From Atopobiaceae bacterium (lineage in GTDB: Bacteria; Actinomycetota; Coriobacteriia; Coriobacteriales; Atopobiaceae): a DNA stretch of 64,000 bases. Both the position numbers and the translations under genes were made by a program. A model generated the notes under the pieces. The model ran no database searches, was not told the DNA's origin, and worked only from the letters and a program-made list of their open reading frames with translations. Below are positions 45,507-54,939 of the stretch, one piece after another. Each line of letters opens with the position of its first letter. Position 1 is the first letter of the stretch. The DNA is taken from positions 94,742 to 158,741 of the forward strand of contig JBJEHU010000006.1 of the NCBI GenBank assembly GCA_051876355.1, written 5' to 3'.

Positions 45507-47327
45507 TTGGCAATACTCATCGGATGCGAGCACCTGTCCCAGGAATGGCCTGGCAAGCAGGTGCTCAAGGACGTGACGATCGGCATCAATGCCGGGGAGC
45601 GCATCGGCATCGTCGGCAGGAACGGCGACGGCAAGTCGACGCTTCTGGACCTCATCGCCGGGCGCATCGAGCCAGATGACGGCACGATCGTGCGCCGCGG
45701 CAACATCACGGTCGGCTACCTCGGACAGTCGGACGAGCTCGACGACGAGGATACCGTGGGGCACAGCGTCGTCGGCGATATGCCTGAGTACGAATGGGCA
45801 TCGGATCCCAAGATCCGCTCGATCATCGACGAGCTCCTTGTCGGCGTCGACTGGGATGCGAAGATCTCAGACCTCTCAGGCGGCCAGCGCAGGCGGTGCG
45901 ACCTTGCGCGCCTGCTTGTCGGCTCCTGGGATGTCATGCTCATGGACGAGCCGACGAACCATCTCGATATGCATGCGATCACTTGGCTTGCCGAGCATCT
46001 GAAGAGGCGCTGGCCTGAAGGTACAGGAGCCCTTCTTGTCGTGACGCACGACAGGTGGTTCCTCGATGAGGTCTGCGAGCACATGTGGGAAGTCCACGAC
46101 GGCACGATCGATCCCTTCGAGGGCGGCTACTCTGCCTACATCCAGCAGCGTGTCGAGCGTGACCGCATGGCGCAGGCTTCGGAGGACAAGCGCCAGAACA
46201 TCCTGCGCAAGGAGCTCAACTGGCTCGCCCACGGCGCGAAGGCACGCTCTTCGAAGCCGAAGTTCCGCATCAAGGAAGCGGAGGCGCTGATCGCAAACGA
46301 TCCTCCGCTCAGGAACACCGTCGAGCTCAAGAGGCTTGCCGTCTCGCGCCTTGGCAAGCTCGTCATCGAGATGAAGAACGTGACAGCCGGCTACGGCGAC
46401 ACCCCCATCATCAAGGACCTCTCCTGGCTCATCGGCCCGGGCGACCGGTATGGCATACTGGGCGAGAACGGTGCCGGCAAGTCGACGCTCCTGAAGGTCA
46501 TGTGCGGCCGCATGAAGCCGTCGCGCGGCTATGTGAAGATCGGCAAGTCGGTCCGCTTCGGCATACTCTCGCAGAACCTCGAAGAGCTCCACAAGAAGGA
46601 CGATTGGCGCGTCGAGGAGCTTCTTGCGACCTACAAGAAGTACTACGTCGTCGACGGCAAGCCCCAGAGCCCCGAGCAGCTGCTCGAGCGGCTCGGCTTC
46701 GCGCGCCGCGAGTTCCCGACGTTCATCAAGGACCTCTCGGGTGGCCAGCTCCGCCGTCTCGCTATCATGTGCGTGCTCCTCGACGAGCCGAACGTCCTTG
46801 TGCTCGACGAGCCGGGAAACGACCTCGACACCGACATGCTCGCCGTACTCGAGGATCTCCTCGACACATGGCCGGGAACGCTCCTGCTCGTCTCCCATGA
46901 CCGCTACCTCATGGAGCGCGTGACCGATGACCAGTTCGCCCTCATAGACGGCCATCTCCGCCATGTCCCGGGCGGCACGGACGAATACCTTCGCCTTTTG
47001 AATGCAGCCACACAAAACAGGAATGCCCAGAGCGCAAGAAGCGAATCTACAATGACAGAGGACGCTTCGAAGCAGGAGAGCCCTTCTGAGCCTGCGCTCT
47101 CGAATGCAGAGCGCCGCGAGCTCAGGAAGCGTTTCGACGCCGTGGCACGCAAGCTTGACAAGAGGCAGGGGGAGCCCGACCGCATTCGCAAGGAGATGGC
47201 AGAGGCAGACCCCACGAACTACGAGCACCTGATGGAGCTCCAGAACGAGCTTGCAGCTGCCGAGAAGGAAATATCGGATCTCGAAGACGAGTGGCTGGAG
47301 CTTTCCGACACTCTTGGCATCGAGTAG
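45507..47327 (+). CDS. ABC-F family ATPase (Uup-like) with C-terminal coiled coil
   Basis: Two NBDs ([25 protein letters not shown] and [25 protein letters not shown]) and the linker WLAHGAKARSSKPKFRIKEAEAL. TTG start. Confidence 0.9.
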   Translation: MAILIGCEHLSQEWPGKQVLKDVTIGINAGERIGIVGRNGDGKSTLLDLIAGRIEPDDGTIVRRGNITVGYLGQSDELDDEDTVGHSVVGDMPEYEWASDPKIRSIIDELLVGVDWDAKISDLSGGQRRRCDLARLLVGSWDVMLMDEPTNHLDMHAITWLAEHLKRRWPEGTGALLVVTHDRWFLDEVCEHMWEVHDGTIDPFEGGYSAYIQQRVERDRMAQASEDKRQNILRKELNWLAHGAKARSSKPKFRIKEAEALIANDPPLRNTVELKRLAVSRLGKLVIEMKNVTAGYGDTPIIKDLSWLIGPGDRYGILGENGAGKSTLLKVMCGRMKPSRGYVKIGKSVRFGILSQNLEELHKKDDWRVEELLATYKKYYVVDGKPQSPEQLLERLGFARREFPTFIKDLSGGQLRRLAIMCVLLDEPNVLVLDEPGNDLDTDMLAVLEDLLDTWPGTLLLVSHDRYLMERVTDDQFALIDGHLRHVPGGTDEYLRLLNAATQNRNAQSARSESTMTEDASKQESPSEPALSNAERRELRKRFDAVARKLDKRQGEPDRIRKEMAEADPTNYEHLMELQNELAAAEKEISDLEDEWLELSDTLGIE

Positions 47328-47344
47328 CTATTCGGGGAGTGCAG

Positions 47345-49075
47345 ATGGAGCAGGAGCTCTGGAAGAAATACCGTCTTGAGACCATCGTTGGCATGCTCTT
47401 CAAGACGGTCGAGGTCGTCTTCGATGTGATGACGCCTCTTATCGTGGCTGATATGATCGATGTGGGTGTCGCGACGCATGACGCAGGGTATGTCGTGCAG
47501 CGCGGCATCCTTCTTGTGTGCATGGCATGCCTCGGGTACTGCTCGACGCTTGTGACGCAGTATGTCGCCTCGAAGGTCTCGCAGGGCGTCGGCACCGACA
47601 TGAGGAATGCGCTGTTCCAGAAGGTCAACAGCTTCGGCGCGGCCGAGATCGACCATTTCGGCACGCCGTCTCTCGTGACGAGGATCACGAACGATGTGAA
47701 CCAGATCCAGCTTGCTGTCGCTATGGGCATCCGCCAGCTCATCCGCTGGCCGATCCTCGCTATCGGCTCGCTCGTCGCTGCCATCATGATCGACCGCACG
47801 CTCGGCCTCATCTTCCTGCTTGTGACGCCGCTCGTCGCGCTTGTCTTCTACCTTGTCATGAAGCACTCGATTCCGTACTACTCGCTCATGCAGAAGAAGC
47901 TTGACCATATCTCGCTCGTGACGCGCGAGGCGCTTTCCGGTGTCCGTGTCATCCGTGCCTTCCGCCACGAGAAGCGGGAGGAGGAGCGCTTCCGCGAGGC
48001 GGCTGTCTCCCAGGCCGATACTGCCATCAAGGTCGGCAAGCTTGCGGCGCTCCTGAACCCCGGTGCCTATCTCCTCATGAATCTCGGCGTCGTCTGTGTC
48101 CTCTGGGCGGGCGGCTTCAAGGTCGAGACGGGCGTCCTCCAGCAGGGCCAGATCGTCGCCTTCGTGAACTACATGACGCAGGTCCTCATCGCTATCGCCT
48201 ATGTCGCGAACCTTGCCATCATCTTCAACCGCGCCGCTGCCTCGAGGAAGAGGATCGACGAGGTCATAGCGACAGAGCCGTCCGTGAAGGATGCGGAAGG
48301 CGCACAGGTGCCTGCACTTGATGGCGCCGCCCCTGCGCTGGTGCTCGACCACGTCGGCTTCTCCTACGGACCGGGCAAGCCAGCGCTTGCCGATGTGACG
48401 CTCTCGCTTGGGAAAGGCGAGACCCTGGGCATCATCGGCGGCACAGGCTCCGGCAAGTCGACGCTTGCAAGCCTCATTCCGCGCCTCTACGACGCGACGG
48501 AAGGCCGGGTGCTCGTCTTCGGGCAGGATGTGCGCGAATGGCCGCTCGACGACCTCAGGCATGAGGTGGCAAGCGTTCCCCAGACAGCGCATCTCGTGAC
48601 CGGCACGATCCGCTCGAACCTTTCCTGGCGCGTCCCCGATGCAACGGATGAGGAGCTCTGGGCAGCGCTTCGGGCGGCCCAGGCAGAGGACTTCGTCCGC
48701 GCGAAGGAGGCAGGGCTCGATTCTATCGTCGAGGCAGACGGCAGGAACTTCTCGGGTGGCCAGAAGCAGCGCCTGACGATTGCCCGTGCCCTTGTCGGCG
48801 AGCCTCAGCTTGTCGTGCTCGATGACTCGGCATCGGCCCTCGACTTTGCGACCGATGCACACCTCAGGGAAGCGCTCCGTACGCTTCCGCAGCATCCGAC
48901 CTGTGTCATCATCTCGCAGCGTGTCTCTGCCGTCATGGGTGCAGACCAGATTCTTGTCCTCCACCATGGACACGTCGAGGGGCTGGGAACCCATGTGCAG
49001 CTCATCGACAGCTGCGCCATCTACCGCGAGATCTGCGACTCGCAGCTTGCCGGAAAGGAGGCCTGCCATGCCTAA
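47345..49075 (+). CDS. ABC exporter half-transporter (TMD-NBD), partner carrying the degenerate-site motifs
   Basis: 6-TM N-terminal domain. Walker A GGTGSGKST, signature FSGGQKQR, Walker B LVVLDDSAS (Asp in place of the catalytic Glu) and H-loop position ISQR (Gln in place of His). Confidence 0.9.
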   Translation: MEQELWKKYRLETIVGMLFKTVEVVFDVMTPLIVADMIDVGVATHDAGYVVQRGILLVCMACLGYCSTLVTQYVASKVSQGVGTDMRNALFQKVNSFGAAEIDHFGTPSLVTRITNDVNQIQLAVAMGIRQLIRWPILAIGSLVAAIMIDRTLGLIFLLVTPLVALVFYLVMKHSIPYYSLMQKKLDHISLVTREALSGVRVIRAFRHEKREEERFREAAVSQADTAIKVGKLAALLNPGAYLLMNLGVVCVLWAGGFKVETGVLQQGQIVAFVNYMTQVLIAIAYVANLAIIFNRAAASRKRIDEVIATEPSVKDAEGAQVPALDGAAPALVLDHVGFSYGPGKPALADVTLSLGKGETLGIIGGTGSGKSTLASLIPRLYDATEGRVLVFGQDVREWPLDDLRHEVASVPQTAHLVTGTIRSNLSWRVPDATDEELWAALRAAQAEDFVRAKEAGLDSIVEADGRNFSGGQKQRLTIARALVGEPQLVVLDDSASALDFATDAHLREALRTLPQHPTCVIISQRVSAVMGADQILVLHHGHVEGLGTHVQLIDSCAIYREICDSQLAGKEACHA

Positions 49076-50936
49076 TGCCTATCAGGGAGGCGTCTCTGCC
49101 AAGGCCATGCTTTCCGTGGCTGCAGGGTCTCAGGGAAGCGGCCAGGACCCCCAGTTCGATACGCCGGACATGCCGGTCAAGACTGTGCTTGCCCGTCTTT
49201 CGCACTACGTGAAGCCCTATGCCGCGCTCGCGCTTGCTTCGTTTGCCTGCTCGGTCATCTCTGTCGTGGCACAGCTCATCGTGCCTATCCTCATCGGCCG
49301 TGCCATCGATACGATGGTTGCGGCAGGCTCTGTCGATTTCGCTGCGCTCCAGCCGATTCTTGTCCGCCTTTCCGTGGCAATAACAATCGCTGCGTGCGCG
49401 AACTGGGCAGGCGGCTATGGCACGAACCGGCTTGCCTACCTCACGGTGCGCGATCTCAGGATCGATGCCTATGACAAGTTCGACCGCGTGCCGCTCAGGC
49501 TCCTCGACACGCATGCACATGGCGACCTGCTCTCCCGTGTCATCAACGATATCGACGCGGTGGGAGACGGCCTCGTGCAGGGCTTCACGCAGCTCTTCAA
49601 TGGCATCGTGATGATTGCCGGCACGCTCATCTTCATGTTCTCGCTGTCGGTGCCAGTCGCTGCGGTCGTCGTTGTGCTGACGCCGCTCTCGATTCTCGTC
49701 GCCTGGCTCATCGCCCATGGAGCAGCGAAGAGCTTCTCATCGCAGCAAGCGCTCCAGGGCGAGCTTTCCGGCTTTGCTGAAGAGATGATCGGCAACCAGA
49801 AGCTTGTGAGCGCGTTTGCCTATGGGAAGAAGAGCATCTCCGAGTTCGAGGAGATCAACAGCAGGCTCTATGTCGCCGGCCAGAAGGCGCAGTTCATCAG
49901 CGCCCTCTCGAACCCCTCGACCCGTCTCGTGAACAACATCATCTATGCTGCCGTCGCGGCGGTCGGCATCTCCGCTGTCGTCACGGGCTGGCCCTCGCCG
50001 CTCACGGTCGGCCAGGTGCAGAGCTTCCTCACGTATGCGAACCAGTACATGAAGCCGTTCAACGAGATCTCCGCCATCGTGACGCAGGTCCAGACGGCCT
50101 TTGCCTCGGCGCGCCGTGTCTTTGCGCTGCTCGATGCCGAGGAGGAGAAGCCGGATCCCGAAGATGCGCTCGTGCTCGAGAACCCGAAGGGTGCGCTTGC
50201 GTTCAAGGACGTGAGCTTCTCCTACCGCAAGGACGCGAAGCTTCTCCAGGACATCGCATTCTCCGCTGAGCCTGGCACGCGCCTTGCGCTTGTCGGCCCC
50301 ACGGGCTGCGGCAAGACGACGCTCATCAACCTGCTTCTCCGCTTCTATGATGTGGACTCCGGCACGATCGAGGTCGATGGCCACGATACGCAGACGCTCA
50401 CGCGCTCCTCGCTGCGCTCTGCCTTCGGCATGGTCCTGCAGGATACGTGGCTCTTCGAGGGCACCGTGCGCGACAACATCGCCTACGGCAAACCGGATGC
50501 GACAGCAGAGGAGGTCGAGGCAGCAGCACGGCAGGCTCACGCCGACCGCTTCATCCAGCAGCTGCCCCAGGGCTATGACACGGTGATCGGCGAGGACGGC
50601 GGCACGATCTCTCAGGGACAGCGCCAGCTCCTCTGCATCGCCCGCGTCATGCTGGCCGACCCTCCGATCCTTCTGCTTGATGAGGCGACGTCCTCGATCG
50701 ATACGCGTACCGAGCTCCAGGTGCAGGATGCGTTCGACCGCATGATGGAAGGCAGGACCTCGCTTGTCGTAGCGCACCGTCTCTCGACGGTCAGGAATGC
50801 CGACTGCATCCTCGTGATCGACGGCGGCCACATCATCGAGCGCGGCACGCACGACGAGCTTCTCGCGCAGGGAGGCTTCTATGCGAACCTCTACAGAAGC
50901 CAATGGGCTTCGCTGCCGAAAAGTGACGCTGTCTAG
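49068..50936 (+). CDS. ABC exporter half-transporter (TMD-NBD), partner carrying the consensus-site motifs
   Basis: Walker A GPTGCGKTT, Walker B LLLDEATSS and H-loop VAHRLST, but an altered signature ISQGQRQ. Overlaps the upstream partner by 8 nt. The track ORF (48780) is over-extended. Confidence 0.9.
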   Translation: MPNAYQGGVSAKAMLSVAAGSQGSGQDPQFDTPDMPVKTVLARLSHYVKPYAALALASFACSVISVVAQLIVPILIGRAIDTMVAAGSVDFAALQPILVRLSVAITIAACANWAGGYGTNRLAYLTVRDLRIDAYDKFDRVPLRLLDTHAHGDLLSRVINDIDAVGDGLVQGFTQLFNGIVMIAGTLIFMFSLSVPVAAVVVVLTPLSILVAWLIAHGAAKSFSSQQALQGELSGFAEEMIGNQKLVSAFAYGKKSISEFEEINSRLYVAGQKAQFISALSNPSTRLVNNIIYAAVAAVGISAVVTGWPSPLTVGQVQSFLTYANQYMKPFNEISAIVTQVQTAFASARRVFALLDAEEEKPDPEDALVLENPKGALAFKDVSFSYRKDAKLLQDIAFSAEPGTRLALVGPTGCGKTTLINLLLRFYDVDSGTIEVDGHDTQTLTRSSLRSAFGMVLQDTWLFEGTVRDNIAYGKPDATAEEVEAAARQAHADRFIQQLPQGYDTVIGEDGGTISQGQRQLLCIARVMLADPPILLLDEATSSIDTRTELQVQDAFDRMMEGRTSLVVAHRLSTVRNADCILVIDGGHIIERGTHDELLAQGGFYANLYRSQWASLPKSDAV

Positions 50937-51009
50937 GATTGACAATGCATAGACTCACTCTCGGGGAAGGAAGTGCAGCTTTCTTCCAACGAGAGGGGGT
51001 ATTGCTTAC

Positions 51010-52485
51010 ATGAATGACGTATTTGATGTCTGCATCATTGGCGCGGGCGTTGTCGGCACGGCAATCGCTCGCAATCTTTCAGAGCGCCAGTGCAGCATCC
51101 TCGTCCTCGAGCGCGGAGACGATGTGTGCTCCGGCACGTCGAAGGCGAATTCGGCTATCGTCCATGCAGGCTACGATGCAGAGCCGGGCACGCTCATGGC
51201 AAAGTACAACGTGGCCGGAAACGAGATGATGGGCCAGGTCTGCGAAGACCTCGATGTGCCGTTCCAGCGCATAGGATCGCTTGTCGTCTGCACAGCCGAA
51301 GAGGACATGCCGAAGCTCGAAGAGCTGAAGGAGCGCGGCGAGAAGAACGGCGTCAGTGGCCTTGAGATCATCGGCCGCGGCCGTCTTGTCGAGATGGAGC
51401 CGAACATTGCAGATGCCGCCACAGGCGCGCTCTGGGCACCGACGGCGGGCATCGTGGACCCGTTCCTGCTGACCATCGCACAGGCAGAGGTCGCCGAGAC
51501 GAATGGCGCCGACATCCGCTGCAATGAAGAGGTCGAGAAGCTCTCGAAAGAGGCTGATGGCCTCTGGACGATCGAGACCGCAGACGCCACCTTCCGCGCG
51601 CGCTGCGTCGTGAATGCCGCTGGCACGCATGCCGCCGAGATCCATAACCAGGTCTCTTCTGACAAGATGAGCATCGTGCCCAGGCGTGGCGAGTATCTGC
51701 TCCTCGACAAGAGGGCAGGCGGTCATGTGCATCACACGATCTTCTGCCTGCCGTCGAAGATGGGCAAGGGCATCCTCGTGACGCCGACCTGCCACGGGAA
51801 CCTGATTCTCGGCCCGACGGCTACCGATCAGGAGGACGAGGACGATACGGCGACGACTGCAGATGGCCTCGATGCTGTCAGGAAGGGCGCTGCAAGGACT
51901 GTGAAGGATCTGCCGCTCCGCGAGGTCATCACCTCGTTTGCAGGCCTTCGCGCCCATAGGCCCGAGCATGAGTTCCTTGTCGGCGAGGCAAAGGATGCAC
52001 CCGGCTTTGTCGACTGTGCCGGCATCGAGTCCCCTGGCCTGACCTCAGCGCCTGCCCTGGGCGTCGCGGTCGCAGATATCGTCTCTGGCATCCTGAAGCT
52101 CGAGAAGAAGCCTCACGGCACGTATGCCACGACGCGCAAGGGCATCGTGCATGCAGCAACGCTTCCTGTCGAGGAGCGCCGTAGTCTCATCGAGAAGAAT
52201 CCAGCCTATGGCAGGATCGTCTGCCGCTGCGAGGAAGTGAGCGAGGGCGAGATCGTCGATGCGATCAAGCGCCCGTGCGGTGCCCGCTCCCTTGACGGCA
52301 TCAAGCGCCGCGTGCGCTGCGGCATGGGAAGATGCCAGGGCGGCTTCTGCACGCCGAAGGTCATGGACATCCTCGCCCGCGAAGTGCCGGAGCTCACGCT
52401 CGAGAACATCACGAAGAAGGGCAAGGGCTCTGAGTTCGTGGTCGGCCACGACAAGGACTGCTACGGGGAAGGAGGCGAGCGCTGA
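51010..52485 (+). CDS. FAD-dependent oxidoreductase, GlpA/LhgO-like, with a C-terminal BFD-like [2Fe-2S] domain
   Basis: VCIIGAGVVGTAIA dinucleotide fold and the cysteine motif CRCEEVSEGEI...C..G.C.GG.C. Confidence 0.8.
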   Translation: MNDVFDVCIIGAGVVGTAIARNLSERQCSILVLERGDDVCSGTSKANSAIVHAGYDAEPGTLMAKYNVAGNEMMGQVCEDLDVPFQRIGSLVVCTAEEDMPKLEELKERGEKNGVSGLEIIGRGRLVEMEPNIADAATGALWAPTAGIVDPFLLTIAQAEVAETNGADIRCNEEVEKLSKEADGLWTIETADATFRARCVVNAAGTHAAEIHNQVSSDKMSIVPRRGEYLLLDKRAGGHVHHTIFCLPSKMGKGILVTPTCHGNLILGPTATDQEDEDDTATTADGLDAVRKGAARTVKDLPLREVITSFAGLRAHRPEHEFLVGEAKDAPGFVDCAGIESPGLTSAPALGVAVADIVSGILKLEKKPHGTYATTRKGIVHAATLPVEERRSLIEKNPAYGRIVCRCEEVSEGEIVDAIKRPCGARSLDGIKRRVRCGMGRCQGGFCTPKVMDILAREVPELTLENITKKGKGSEFVVGHDKDCYGEGGER

Positions 52486-53747
52486 TGAAGAGATCGTGCG
52501 TCGTTGTCGGCGGAGGCCCTGCAGGCCTTGCTGCTGCCATTGCAGCCTTCGATGCTGGCCTCAAAGATGTACTCGTGCTCGAGCGCGAAGACAGGCTTGG
52601 CGGCATCCTCAACCAGTGCATCCATAACGGATTCGGCCTCCATACGTTCGACGAGGAGCTGACAGGCCCCGAGTATGCGCAGCGCTACATCGACGAGGCG
52701 GAAAAGCGTGGCATCGAGTGCCTCCTCGAGTGCACCGTCATCGATATCAGCCATGACCGCACTGTCACAGCCGTGTCGCCCGAGCTTGGCCTCATCCAGA
52801 TCGAGGCAAGATCGGTGATCCTCGCAATGGGCTGCCGAGAGAGGCCACGTGGCGCCCTCAATATCCCGGGCACCCGTCCTGCCGGCATCTATACTGCAGG
52901 ATGCGCGCAGCATCTCGTGAACATCGAAGGCGTCCTTCCGGGACGCGAGGTCGTCATCCTGGGCTCCGGCGACATTGGCCTCATCATGGCCCGCAGGCTC
53001 ACGCTCGAAGGCGCGCATGTCCAGGTCGTAGCCGAGCTCATGCCGTACTCGGGAGGCCTCAAGAGGAATATCGTGCAGTGCCTCGACGACTTCGGCATAC
53101 CTCTGAAGCTCAGCCACACCGTTGTCAAGATCGAGGGCGACAAGCGCGTCGAGGGCGTCTGGATCGCCCAGGTCGATGAGCATCTAAAGCCCATTCCGGG
53201 AACCGAGGAGCACTACACGTGCGATACGCTGCTGCTCTCCTGCGGCCTCATACCGGAAAACGAGCTCTCGCAGAAGGCTGGCGTCGCGCTCTCAGGCGTG
53301 ACGAAGGGCCCTGTCGTGAACGAGCAGCTCGAGACCGATGTTCCGGGCGTCTTTGCCTGCGGCAACGTGCTGCATGTGCATGACCTCGTGGACTATGTCT
53401 CCGAAGAGGCGGCTTCGGCAGGCGCCCATGCCGCTGCCTATGTCCAGGCAGGAGAGCCTGCTACGGAGTCTTCGGGCATTCCCGTCACGGTGGAGGGCGG
53501 CGTGCGCTATACCGTGCCGGCAACGATCGACACTGCTCACATGGACGAGAAGCTCACGGTCCGCTTCCGCGTCGGTGCCGTCAAGCGCAACGTGTTCGAG
53601 TCCGTCTATGTGGACGATGTCCGCATTGCGCACAAGAAGCGTCCGATTGTGGCACCGGGAGAGATGGAGCAGGTCATCCTCAAGAAGGCAGATCTCGCGA
53701 AGCATCCCGATGCAAAGGCCATACGTGTCGTCCTCGAGGAGGCCTGA
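52485..53747 (+). CDS. FAD/NAD(P)-dependent pyridine nucleotide-disulfide oxidoreductase family protein (NOX-like subunit)
   Basis: VVVGGGPAGLAAA and a second fold ILGSGDIGL, plus ACGNV. The start shares one nucleotide with the upstream stop (TGATG). Confidence 0.8.
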   Translation: MKRSCVVVGGGPAGLAAAIAAFDAGLKDVLVLEREDRLGGILNQCIHNGFGLHTFDEELTGPEYAQRYIDEAEKRGIECLLECTVIDISHDRTVTAVSPELGLIQIEARSVILAMGCRERPRGALNIPGTRPAGIYTAGCAQHLVNIEGVLPGREVVILGSGDIGLIMARRLTLEGAHVQVVAELMPYSGGLKRNIVQCLDDFGIPLKLSHTVVKIEGDKRVEGVWIAQVDEHLKPIPGTEEHYTCDTLLLSCGLIPENELSQKAGVALSGVTKGPVVNEQLETDVPGVFACGNVLHVHDLVDYVSEEAASAGAHAAAYVQAGEPATESSGIPVTVEGGVRYTVPATIDTAHMDEKLTVRFRVGAVKRNVFESVYVDDVRIAHKKRPIVAPGEMEQVILKKADLAKHPDAKAIRVVLEEA

Positions 53748-53749
53748 TC

Positions 53750-54109
53750 ATGGAGGAAAAGACGCTGACGTGCATCAACTGCCCGCTCGGCTGCCAGGTG
53801 ACGGTCACGTTCGATGGGGAGAAGATCGTTTCGGTCACGGGCAACACCTGCAAGCGTGGCGACATCTATGCGCGCCAGGAGCTTACGAACCCGGTCCGCA
53901 TCGTCACGACGTCCGTGCCGGTCGAAGGATCGAAGACGTCGAAGATGGTGTCGGTCAAGACGGCAGAGCCTGTGCCGAAGGGCAAGATCTTCGACGTTAT
54001 GGCAGCGCTTGCAAAGACGTCCGTGAAGGCGCCGGTGCATATCGGCGACACGGTGCTTGCTGACGCCGCAGGGATCGGCGTTCCCGTCATCGCGACAAGG
54101 AATGCCTGA
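53750..54109 (+). CDS. DUF1667 domain protein
   Basis: 119 aa with CINCPLGCQVTV...GNTCKRGDIYARQE, the characteristic DUF1667 cysteine pattern. Third gene of the conserved trio. Confidence 0.75.
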   Translation: MEEKTLTCINCPLGCQVTVTFDGEKIVSVTGNTCKRGDIYARQELTNPVRIVTTSVPVEGSKTSKMVSVKTAEPVPKGKIFDVMAALAKTSVKAPVHIGDTVLADAAGIGVPVIATRNA

Positions 54110-54137
54110 AGGCATTAGCTCTCAGGATGCAGAAGGA

Positions 54138-54162
54138 GGGCCGGCTGTGGATGCAGCCGGCC
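54138..54162. terminator. Hairpin between the convergent DUF1667 and DedA genes
   Basis: GGCCGGCTG / CAGCCGGCC perfect 9-bp stem with a 6-nt loop. Confidence 0.5.
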
Positions 54163-54183
54163 TTCATTGCGCTTTGGGAAAAG

Positions 54184-54840
54184 CTATTCTGCGACGGTGC
54201 CCTTGCCGCCCCTGCCCTGGTTCTTGATCTTCGGGAGGATCCTCTTCACGAACCAGACGAGCGCTGCCATGCCGGCTGCTGCGATCACGATGTAGGATGC
54301 GATATCGATTGCAGACGCGGCACCCGATGCGGCGTTCTGCCAGGCATCGCCTGCAAGGTAGCCGAGCGTGCAGAGGACCGTATTCCAGATGAGCGATCCT
54401 GCGAATGTCATGGCCGAGAAGCGGACAAGCCCCATGCGCGACATGCCGGCAGGGATGGAGATGAGGCTCCTCACAATGGGGACGCAGCGGCAGAAGAAGA
54501 CGGTCTTTGCACCCTTCGTCTCGAACCAGCCGAAGGCGGCATGCACGTCGTCACGCTCGAAGCCGAGAAGGCGTGCCGGACGAGAGGTCAAGAGGCGCTC
54601 CATGCGCTGCTCGTCGAGGATCGTACCGATAGCGTAGAGGACATAGGCGCCTGCAAGGGAGCCTGCCGTTGCTGCAAGGATCGCGAAAGGGAGCCAGAGC
54701 GCTCCGGTGCGTGCGAAGAAGCCGGCAAGCGGAAGGATGAGCTCGCTCGGAATCGGCGGAAAGACGTTCTCGAGGAAGATGAGGGCCGAGACGGCGAGAT
54801 AGCCGAACTGCTGCATGAACGTGAAGATTGCATCCTGCAT
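54184..54840 (-). CDS. DedA family (SNARE-associated/VTT domain) membrane protein
   Basis: FLENVFPPIPSELILPLAGF and the re-entrant-loop region FFCRCVPIVRSLISIPAG. AGGAGG RBS. Confidence 0.85.
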   Translation of the reverse strand: MQDAIFTFMQQFGYLAVSALIFLENVFPPIPSELILPLAGFFARTGALWLPFAILAATAGSLAGAYVLYAIGTILDEQRMERLLTSRPARLLGFERDDVHAAFGWFETKGAKTVFFCRCVPIVRSLISIPAGMSRMGLVRFSAMTFAGSLIWNTVLCTLGYLAGDAWQNAASGAASAIDIASYIVIAAAGMAALVWFVKRILPKIKNQGRGGKGTVAE

Positions 54841-54939
54841 GTGTGCCTCCTAGATTGCGGTGCGATGTTGCATTGAATGCTACGGGGCGCACCTCAAGCA
54901 AGAAGCAAGGCAGGATAAACAGTCCCTAAACTCGCAGGC

